64,000 nt of DNA from a virus. Made by a program: the position numbers and the translations under genes. Shown one piece after another: positions 38,401 through 45,387 of this stretch. Below the pieces are notes generated by a model. The model searched no databases, was not told the origin of the DNA, and saw only the letters and a list, made by a program, of their open reading frames with translations. Location: the IMG/VR virus record IMGVR_UViG_3300036792_000267, positions 64,001 through 128,000 of that record; one strand, given 5' to 3'. How positions within the stretch are numbered: position 1 is the first letter of the stretch; the number at the start of each line of letters is the position of its first letter.

Positions 38401-40881
38401 GCCTACGCCACCGCCGCCAGCCTCGCGGAGAACGAGACCGAGGTGGTCAGCTGGACGTTCCAGTTGCTGCCCAACGTGCCGGGCAAGACGGTCTTCGACA
38501 ACTTCGACGTCGGCGACTGGGTGGGGCTAGAGCGCCCCGATTTCTCTGCCGTCGACACGGTGCGCGTGGTCGGCATCGCGGTGCAGTGCGACAGCTCCGG
38601 CGCCGAGACGCACGAGCTGACCTTCCAGAGCTACATCCAGTGGCTCGCCGAGCAGCTCACCTACCTGGCCAACAAGCTGGGCGGCGCGTTCGTCAACACC
38701 CTGGGCACTACGCCGGTCGCCCCGTCCAAGTACGGCACTGGCCAGGTCCCCACCTACTTCACCCCGGCCGCCACGCTGTCCGGCCTCGCCGACGTGTCCT
38801 CCACGGCGGGCACCGCCCAGGGCACCGCGCCGCTGGTCTACAACCCGGCCACCGGCCAGTACCAGCACGCCGGCTCCACCGACCCGGTGACCGGGCAGAC
38901 GATCCCGGTCACGGTGGCCACCCCGTCAGGCTCGGCCACCCTGGGCGACACCTCCGTGGTGGTCAACACCGGCAACGGCTCGACCACGGTGGGCCTGCAG
39001 GGCGACGGCACGGTGGCCACCGTCGCCACCGGGGGGTCCGCGCCGAGTGTGCCTGACGTGCCGGCCGTGGCCGGCATCGTGCAGGGCCTGGTGGTGAGCT
39101 GGGACGGCCTGCTGTCTGGCGCGCTGCCGCTGTCCAGCTTCTCCCACGTGGCTGTTTACGTCGGCACCACCAGCGGGTTCACCCCGTCCACATCCAACCA
39201 GGCTGGCTCGCTCAGCCAGGCGGGCGCGCTGAGCGTCGGGAACCTGACCGCCGGGTCCACCTACTACGTGAAGCTGGCCGCGCTCAGCAACTCGGGTGTC
39301 TCCTCGCCCCCCACCACCGGGATTACCGGCGTGCCCGGCACGGTGCCGACCTCGCTGCTCACCGGCCAGCTGCCGGCCAGCCTGCTGGGCAACAGCGCCG
39401 GCAACGCGCTCAACCCCAACCCGTACTTCAACGGCGGGGACCTGACCGGGTGGTTCGTCACCAACGGCACGGTGAGCGCCGCCGCGCCGCCGTCGGGAGC
39501 GCCGGGCGGCGCCCAGTTCGCAGCCCAGGTCTCCTCCACGTCCGCGAACTGCCTGCTGTCAGGTTCGCCTGACCCGTTCCCGGTCACGCCCGGCCAGCCG
39601 TACGTGATGACGGCCTGGGTCTACAACCCGGGCGGGACGTCGACCACGGTGGCCATCGGCTTCAACTGGGCGTCGGGCACCACCACGGTCAGCGTCGCGC
39701 CGGGCACGTGGGTGCCGCTCACCACCGTGCAGACCTGTCCGGGCGGGGTGACCAGCGCCTACCAGGTCATCGGCCCCACGGTTTCCGGCAAGACCATCTG
39801 GATACTGGGAGCCGTTGCCGCGGGCCAGGTGCCCGGCCAGCTCATCGCGGCGAACTCGGTGGCCGCGCAGCAGATCGCGGCGAACACCATCACCGCCGCG
39901 CAGATCGCCGCCAACACCATCACCGCAGCGCAGATCGCGGCGAACACCATCACCGCCAGCCAGATCGCCGCATCGACCATCACCGCAGCGCAGATCCTGG
40001 CATCGACCATCACCGCCAGCCAGATCGCGGCAGGCACCATCACCGCTGCCCAGATCGCAGCGAACACCATCACCGCCAGCCAGATCGCGGCGGGCACGGT
40101 CACCGCCACCCAGATTGCGGCGGGCATCGTGCTGGCCGGGGTGGTGAACGGCACCACCATCACGGGCTCCCAGTTTGTCGCCTTCGGGAGCACCGGCGAG
40201 ATCCTCGTTTACGCAGGCACGCCGGCATCAGGCAACCTCATCATGAGCGTGTCCGCCAACGCCGGCTCGGATGGCTTCTCGAACCCGTATAGCGCCGGCG
40301 TCTACGTCTACAACTCCAGTGGCGGCGCGATCGGCCTCACGGCGGCGGCCAACACCGCGCTGCAGCTGACGCCCGGCGTCACCCCGGCGGCGGTGACGGG
40401 CACCGCGCAGCTGTTCGCTAACTCCGGCGGACACGCCGTCGTGCAGGACGGCGGGGACGCCCAGGCCTACCAGATTCAGCGTCGCTCGCTGGTCGCCGGC
40501 TCTAACTCGGGGGCGCTGACTACCCCGTCCACTGTCTTCTCCACCATCTTCGGGCCGGCGCAGTACCGGGTGCACGGCCAGTGGTACGTCAACGCGACGT
40601 CCGGCGCGGTGTTCATGTGCAAGGTGATCGGCTCGGGGACCCTCGCCGGCATCGTCGGCGTCACCATCGCGGAAGGCGGCTCGTTTTCAGCCTGCGTGAC
40701 AGGCGGCCCCAACTCCAACATCGTCATTGCCGCCACGCTGGGCACGGCCACCTACCTGGTCACCCTGGACGGGGTGTTCGGCCAGACGGTCACCGGCCTG
40801 GTGGACTTCCAGGCCGGGTCTAACACCGGGACCAGCCTGGTGGTGGCCCAGTACTCATTCCTGGAAGTGATGCCTGTCTAG
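35455..40881 (+). CDS. large tail tip / fibre protein
   Basis: 1808 aa; DAAGA repeats, hub-like region, FN3-like (LTAGSTYYVKL), carbohydrate-binding-like (NPYFNGGDLTGW), decapeptide repeats. Confidence 0.75.
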   Translation: MAPSVVQALAVSNSLTGTLGTPTTAGNCLVYVIITETGTNVTMTVTGATLGGSAGNFAQAISKQSGFASSATQFVAIWVDRNCAGGQTAVAVAGTNLNIGAGTDNGYVVLEIAGLDTSSPVDTTAQASNAATTGTALSTGSTGTTAQASEIAVGGLSGFNSLSSYTSGYTTSGISGGFNTAGYKVLSATGTQSFGCNQSATGPWAAAVITLKAASGTVPVAQADVAGAADVLGASAAAPIADVAGAAESIVITVPAADTAGAADVLAANAAAPQADAAGAADSVVIGVPPADAAGATDSVAISIPAPQADAAGAADSLSVAVIAPMTDAGGAKDAAANITPTPADAGGAKDALTANAAVPARDAGGAADALGYLVGVAPGDAAGATEAVSVVVGITVRDEAGAVDATGVVGAGTGPTGFGSALPASVLNAYTGPGYQGGPSGAGSIAPSALGNGWEINVRSAADYTTLLAVIPGSMLVNWQFARMLNDIGSGTAVLNQDDPWWEQVTLPGGLATETLLDDECLWQVWKDGVCRFEFFGETITEQLVDGSEQRQVTVTGPGTLTSLKWAMVAPQGFPDIVLKLDGLLDAFDEVDNAGNPVLDTNIWTTASPASDVYITPIAVIYNYPTGAGYALSTLYPSGSLTLSATPGTTYLGASPYDATDTLISVEISPIGVSGSSTDTTTPTTYGTGLDGSELTQFYIQSNFNSSNYAMIGLSATAFYAQLGSGGQVQTKILPAYDTQSHGNWMITEQAGSGGGPGTFYFWTSTDGQNWVLQWQVVHSWDATNVTFFVTATYSTAGKQTVQISNLNSNVTTPSYQGSIYLGEPMMGVWLDQFSQAQRRGTIPFVTSTVTAAADSFGRAWNDTENVQATNGTDLYSFLQGATAVVDADFVMNPGFQLVVGVPAAGEVAVGVDRSGYLIFREGYDIQARQRTRARDQIATLIGGENSDGHEISAYSPAFITEWGQREAWFQTSAQVDPVSMAYATAASLAENETEVVSWTFQLLPNVPGKTVFDNFDVGDWVGLERPDFSAVDTVRVVGIAVQCDSSGAETHELTFQSYIQWLAEQLTYLANKLGGAFVNTLGTTPVAPSKYGTGQVPTYFTPAATLSGLADVSSTAGTAQGTAPLVYNPATGQYQHAGSTDPVTGQTIPVTVATPSGSATLGDTSVVVNTGNGSTTVGLQGDGTVATVATGGSAPSVPDVPAVAGIVQGLVVSWDGLLSGALPLSSFSHVAVYVGTTSGFTPSTSNQAGSLSQAGALSVGNLTAGSTYYVKLAALSNSGVSSPPTTGITGVPGTVPTSLLTGQLPASLLGNSAGNALNPNPYFNGGDLTGWFVTNGTVSAAAPPSGAPGGAQFAAQVSSTSANCLLSGSPDPFPVTPGQPYVMTAWVYNPGGTSTTVAIGFNWASGTTTVSVAPGTWVPLTTVQTCPGGVTSAYQVIGPTVSGKTIWILGAVAAGQVPGQLIAANSVAAQQIAANTITAAQIAANTITAAQIAANTITASQIAASTITAAQILASTITASQIAAGTITAAQIAANTITASQIAAGTVTATQIAAGIVLAGVVNGTTITGSQFVAFGSTGEILVYAGTPASGNLIMSVSANAGSDGFSNPYSAGVYVYNSSGGAIGLTAAANTALQLTPGVTPAAVTGTAQLFANSGGHAVVQDGGDAQAYQIQRRSLVAGSNSGALTTPSTVFSTIFGPAQYRVHGQWYVNATSGAVFMCKVIGSGTLAGIVGVTIAEGGSFSACVTGGPNSNIVIAATLGTATYLVTLDGVFGQTVTGLVDFQAGSNTGTSLVVAQYSFLEVMPV
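36121..36680 (+). repeat. DxAGAxD peptide repeats
   Basis: about ten imperfect 16-18 aa units. Confidence 0.75.
39841..40140 (+). repeat. 30-nt tandem repeats (QIAANTITAA x10)
   Basis: units start every 30 nt from 39841. Confidence 0.9.
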
Positions 40882-40905
40882 GGGCAGGCTGCCGATCACC
40901 CGGGC

Positions 40906-41199
40906 ATGACTGTCGGACGCCAGACCACCAGCAGCGAATACGACCAGCTCATTACCAGTGTCGCCGTGCAGGTGCGCAACGCCATGCGGGCCGCTGCCAA
41001 CCTGTCTCAGCAGGTGAACGGCCAGGGAGCCGGGCTGGCAGCCCTGGAAGCCTCCGGGTACAACGCCGACGACGCGGCGACCGCGCTGTCCGCCATCGGC
41101 TACCTGAACACCCCGGCTCAGCTGTACTTCGGGGCAGCGACGCAGCCGTCTGCGTTTGACTTCGACCAGGAACTCAGCCAGTACTGGGGCGGGCAGTAG
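40906..41199 (+). CDS. hypothetical protein (after tail fibre)
   Basis: CCGAT-N9-ATG. Confidence 0.7.
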   Translation: MTVGRQTTSSEYDQLITSVAVQVRNAMRAAANLSQQVNGQGAGLAALEASGYNADDAATALSAIGYLNTPAQLYFGAATQPSAFDFDQELSQYWGGQ

Positions 41200-41815
41200 C
41201 CGGCTCGGCAGTCGCCCCGGAGTGGACCATCTGCTCCCACTCTGACAGGTTTTTCAGCAGCTCATCGACCTGGCCGCCGAGGCCGGCGCGCATGGTGCCC
41301 GCCAGCCCGGCGAGGAAGTCCGCCTGCTTGCGGGCCTCGGCGGTCGCCGAGTCGATGATGCGCGCCTTCTCGGCCGTGCCCTCCTCGGCAGCCTGGCGGA
41401 GGACGTCGGCGGCCTGCTGGCGGGCGTGCTCGGTCATCTGCCCGATGTCGCGGCGCGCGTCGGTGACGACGCGCCGGGCTTCCTCCTGCGCGTCGGCGAC
41501 CAGCTGGTCGGCGTGCTGCTGGGCGACGGACAGGATGCTGATTGCCCGCTCGCCGTTCGCCGCGGCCGGGTGCGGCCCGGTGGTCCGGTTGCCGAGCAGC
41601 CCGGTCAGCCGCTTGATCTCGCGCAGGAACTCCTCGCGCTCGGTGTGCATGTCGTCCAGTGCCCGGTGCACCATCTCCAGCTCACTGCAGACTCGGGCGC
41701 GGAACGCCTCGACCTCGGCGGGCCGGTAACCGCCCAGTACCTGTGACGGGAAATGAGCCTGGCGCACCTCGTCGCCGGTAATCCTCGGGCCGCCGAGCAG
41801 GCTGGTCCCTCCCAT
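41174..41815 (-). CDS. divIVA: DivIVA/Wag31-like protein
   Basis: ITGDEVRQAHF...GGYRPAEVEAF; AISILSVAQQHADQLVADAQEEA coiled coil. Confidence 0.75.
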   Translation of the reverse strand: MGGTSLLGGPRITGDEVRQAHFPSQVLGGYRPAEVEAFRARVCSELEMVHRALDDMHTEREEFLREIKRLTGLLGNRTTGPHPAAANGERAISILSVAQQHADQLVADAQEEARRVVTDARRDIGQMTEHARQQAADVLRQAAEEGTAEKARIIDSATAEARKQADFLAGLAGTMRAGLGGQVDELLKNLSEWEQMVHSGATAEPATARPSTG

Positions 41816-41950
41816 ATGTACGTCCCTCCCCTGCCTGCTGCAATTGCAGGCACAAGTCGGGAGGCTACACCTGTCAGACGGTCCAGGTAGTTACTTGCCC
41901 TAATGCAAGTACATGTACCTAAGCCGGTGACAGGCGACGATTGCCCGGCC

Positions 41951-42604
41951 ATGACCTCCATCTCCGGCAGCGACGGCATCCGCTGGCACCCTGTGTGCAC
42001 GATCGAGAAGTACTCTGCTGACCAGGTGCGCTACGCCCGGGAGCGTGGCGAGCTGCCGTGGCTGAAGCAGTTCACCCTGCCCCCGCGGGCGGCGCTGTCC
42101 GGCGACCTGATGCGCATGCTGTTCCGCGAGCCCGAGGGCGGCACCGTCCGCGACGAGGGCAACGGCACGACGGTGAATGGCACCGCCAACCTGGCGCTGC
42201 TGCTCACCGGTGCCGGCGGGCACCCGCTGGCACCGGGCCGGGCGGTGTTCGGGGTGGGCGGGGAGGACACCGAGTTCAGCCGCGAGCACGTGCACCTGAG
42301 CCCGGCCGGCGGCGAGGAGCCGGGCACCACCTGGTACCGGCCGATGGACCCCGGCTACCCGCTGGTTGTCCGGCCGGGGATCGTGGAGGGCCAGGCCACG
42401 TTCCTTGAGCACGAGGCCTGCTTCGAATGGCACGAGTGGTGCTGGGGGACCGGGCCGGGCAGGCCGGCGGCGCACCACTCGCTGCGCGGTTGCTACGGCG
42501 GCGAGCAGCCGGTCATGATGAACCGCAAGGCTCACCCGGCCGGCTACGGGATGAAGGACCCGGGGGTGGCCTGGTGCTTCCGGACTGAAATTCACCTAAA
42601 GTGA
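41951..42604 (+). CDS. divergent paralog of minor tail protein 34772..35407
   Basis: IEKYSADQ / FGVG / ATF...FEWHE / MNR...GMK align by eye; ACGAT-N9-ATG. Confidence 0.6.
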   Translation: MTSISGSDGIRWHPVCTIEKYSADQVRYARERGELPWLKQFTLPPRAALSGDLMRMLFREPEGGTVRDEGNGTTVNGTANLALLLTGAGGHPLAPGRAVFGVGGEDTEFSREHVHLSPAGGEEPGTTWYRPMDPGYPLVVRPGIVEGQATFLEHEACFEWHEWCWGTGPGRPAAHHSLRGCYGGEQPVMMNRKAHPAGYGMKDPGVAWCFRTEIHLK

Positions 42605-42642
42605 CGTGGTACGAGGCGCAGTGATTGCTCTATCCTTGAGTG

Positions 42643-42714
42643 AAGGCCCCCGGGTCAGTCAGGCGACGTGTCCGTTCGAGCGAAGTTGGTACTGGTCTCA
42701 CCCCGGGGGCCTTT
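42643..42714 (+). ncRNA. candidate antisense sRNA
   Basis: TATCCT -10 at 42631; closing stem AAGGCCCCCGGG/CCCGGGGGCCTT; loop complementary to 42730-42772. Confidence 0.5.
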
Positions 42715-42991
42715 GCTATGCTCCGGCACGAGACCAGTACAAAACTTCAGCTCGACATCGGCACTGTCGCCTTTTGCATTTTGAACGGGCAGACCGCCTT
42801 CCTGTCGGCGCTTGTGCTGGTGGAGAAGCCCTGGGGCAGCTCTCCCCATGCGGACGGCGACAGACAGCCGGGGCACGGGCCGCCACCCTCGAACTTTTTT
42901 CGAGTTCTGGGGTAGGGGGCGAGCCATGCCCCGGCATGACAATAACGGCCCCTGTGTGCCCGGTGCGGTAACGTCAGTGTCCGGAGGTGAG

Positions 42992-43313
42992 CGTGCCAGT
43001 TGACCCTGACTTGTCGCTGCCAGGCCTGGCCGCGCGGGTGCGGCAGTTTCTCGGCCACATTGAGGACATGAGCGACGATGAGCGGGTGTTCCTGCTCGGC
43101 GCGTTCGAGGGGGCGGTGGCCCGGCAGCAGCATGACCTGGACAGCGACGAGGCGCAGGCTGCGGTGGGCCGCTCGGTGGCGGCGCTGGAGGAGGACTGCT
43201 CGCAGGCCTGGCCCGGCTGCGTTCGCGGCGGCCTTGTCTGCGACTGCCGGCTGCGGGCGGTGCGCGCGGTCAACGCCCTGAAAATGCACCTGTCGCCCAG
43301 CGCGGGAAAATAA
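42992..43313 (+). CDS. hypothetical protein
   Basis: GGAGGTG RBS; Cys cluster; start GTG approximately 42993. Confidence 0.55.
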
Positions 43314-43341
43314 AGAACTCCGGGCCGCGGCCCGGAGTTCT
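43314..43341. terminator. bidirectional hairpin between convergent genes
   Basis: AGAACTCCGGGCC / GGCCCGGAGTTCT. Confidence 0.7.
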
Positions 43342-43364
43342 CGTGTCCGCACGACACGCACATG

Positions 43365-44105
43365 CTACGGCTCGATGTCGGCCTCCACCACCTGGCCGGG
43401 CGGCAGGATGAACTCGGTGTAGGCGAGCAGCTTCTCCCCGGCCCGCCAGCCGCTCACCCCGGCGAGCACGTAGGCACCGGCCTCCAGCCCCAGTGCCGGC
43501 AGCTCCCGCCGGTCGTCTTTCGCCTGCCGGCACTCGAATGCGACGCCCCCGGTCAGGCTGTCCGGGTCGATGCCGGCCCGGACGGCGATGAGGTGAGCTG
43601 CCCCCTTCGGGTCGGGCAGCGGCGCCCGCTCGCCCAGCTCGGGCACCCTGATGAACCAGTACGGGGAAACCCAGGTGACGCTCAGCATGTGCGGGCTGCC
43701 GTCGGCCAGGGCGGTGACCTCCTCGCGGCGGATGACGGTGGCCCCGCGCTCGGGCAGGTCCAGCATCGGCACGATGTAGTCCGGCGCGTCGACCAGGCCG
43801 GCCGCGGTGACGGTCACCACCTCGGAGGCCGGCGCGATGTCCAGCCGCATCCGCTGCTGCGGTGACAGCGCCGCCCGCGGCTTGTCCACGTAGGTGCCGG
43901 ACGGGTCGGTGCGCACCAGCCGCTCGGCCAGGTGCAGGTGGGCAACCGCCTGCTGGGCCACGGTGGGCGCCACCACCCACTCGGCGGCAATCGCCCTCAC
44001 CGACGGCAGCAGGTCACCCTCGCGCAGCGCCCCGCTCAGGATTTCTTCCTTGTAGTGCTCGGCGATCTGCTGCCAGAGCGGCTTGTTCCGCTGGGCTCGG
44101 GGCAC
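43365..44105 (-). CDS. GntR/HutC-family repressor with UTRA domain (KorSA/TraR-like)
   Basis: PLWQQIAEHYKEEILSGALREGDLLPSVRAIAAEW; divergent from transfer genes. Confidence 0.85.
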   Translation of the reverse strand: MPRAQRNKPLWQQIAEHYKEEILSGALREGDLLPSVRAIAAEWVVAPTVAQQAVAHLHLAERLVRTDPSGTYVDKPRAALSPQQRMRLDIAPASEVVTVTAAGLVDAPDYIVPMLDLPERGATVIRREEVTALADGSPHMLSVTWVSPYWFIRVPELGERAPLPDPKGAAHLIAVRAGIDPDSLTGGVAFECRQAKDDRRELPALGLEAGAYVLAGVSGWRAGEKLLAYTEFILPPGQVVEADIEP

Positions 44106-44125
44106 GGTGGCCTCCTGTTATTCGG

Positions 44126-44210
44126 ACGGTACGGGTACGCCTCGAATTTTACGCGCCTGCCGTCCAGTTCAGCGGAACATATTGCGTACCTGTACCGTTC
44201 ACCGTACAGT
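44126..44210. promoter_or_regulatory. divergent promoter region with inverted operator pair
   Basis: ACGGTACGGGTACGC 44126 vs GCGTACCTGTACCGT 44184 (14/15 inverted); TTGCGT-N17-TACAGT at 44182-44210. Confidence 0.65.
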
Positions 44211-44259
44211 GAGGGAATCGCAGTGATTCCACTGGAGACCGGCGGAGGGTCGCAGGGAG

Positions 44260-44523
44260 ATGAGCAAGGGCACAGAGGCAGCAGGGGACCGGCTGGTCCG
44301 GTGGTCGGACGCTGCCCTTGAACTCGGCGTGTCCGTCGACACCCTGGAGGCATGGCTGGAGGACGGGATCGTGCCGTTGCGGCGTACCCCCGGGCTGCGG
44401 CTCACCTGGCGGTCGTGGGTGGACGCGGTGCTGGCCCCCAGCGAGCCGGGCACTGACGGCGACATCGCCAAGGTGACCGCCGCCTGGTGGGCGGCCCGCC
44501 GCCCGCTGGGGGAGGTGGCATGA
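44260..44523 (+). CDS. excisionase-like HTH protein
   Basis: DAALELGVSVDTLEAWLEDG...RTPG. Confidence 0.7.
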   Translation: MSKGTEAAGDRLVRWSDAALELGVSVDTLEAWLEDGIVPLRRTPGLRLTWRSWVDAVLAPSEPGTDGDIAKVTAAWWAARRPLGEVA

Positions 44524-45386
44524 TGCGCGAGTTTTCTGCTGCTGTGATTACGGCGGTCCGCGAGCGCGCCTCCGCGCTGGTCATCGGGCTGTCGCTGGCG
44601 ACCGTGGCACTGACCACGGGCTTCATTTCCTACACCCACATCAGCGCGCTGACCATCCACGAGCACCAGAGCTGGAAGAGCGCGCACCTGTACCCGCTGA
44701 CCGTGGACGGCCAGATCGCCATCGGCTCGGTCATCCTCATGGAGATGAAGGGCAAGCACCGCTGGTGGGGCCTGGTCGGCTTCCTGCCGGGCCTGGTCGA
44801 GTCCCTGGTGGCCAACTGGGCGAGCGGCTGGCAGGGCCACAACCTGGGCGCGGCCCTGTGGTCCACGGTCCCCGCGCAGGCGTTCGCCTGCTCCACGTTC
44901 CTGTTCGAGATGTGGCTGCGGTACCGCCGCCGGGCGCAGCCGTCCGCGGTCACGGAATCCGGTGACGCGGCGCCGCCCCGCACCGCTACGCTGCTCGCTG
45001 AGTCTTCCCCGCAGGCACCCGGGCCCGCCGCACCCGCGGCCCAGGAAGCCGCCCCGGTGGACGTGCACCTGCACGCCGCGCCGGCGGGAGCGCCGTGGGG
45101 CCTGGTGAGCCCCGCGGCTGCTCCCCTGCCTGTCCCGTCGTTCGCCGTCCCGGTGGCGGGGCCGTTCATGACGCTGGCCAGCCGGCCGAAGCCGGCCCGC
45201 CCGCGCCGCCCGCAGGCGGTGCCGGGCGAGAACGACGAGCGGCTGCCGCTGCCGCAGGACCCGGCGGAGCTGCGCGCGCTGGTCAACTCGATGAGCCGCA
45301 ACGCCCTGTGGCAGGGCTACCGGGTCTCCAAGCACGGCGCGGACAAGCTCCGCGATGACTACCTGGACGAGAGGGAGGTGGCCTGA
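44520..45386 (+). CDS. DUF2637-like membrane protein (Spd-like spread protein)
   Basis: four TM segments; ISYTHI...AHLYPLTVDG...ESLVAN; Pro-rich linker and C-terminal HTH-like end. Confidence 0.7.
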   Translation: MMREFSAAVITAVRERASALVIGLSLATVALTTGFISYTHISALTIHEHQSWKSAHLYPLTVDGQIAIGSVILMEMKGKHRWWGLVGFLPGLVESLVANWASGWQGHNLGAALWSTVPAQAFACSTFLFEMWLRYRRRAQPSAVTESGDAAPPRTATLLAESSPQAPGPAAPAAQEAAPVDVHLHAAPAGAPWGLVSPAAAPLPVPSFAVPVAGPFMTLASRPKPARPRRPQAVPGENDERLPLPQDPAELRALVNSMSRNALWQGYRVSKHGADKLRDDYLDEREVA

Positions 45387-45387
45387 C

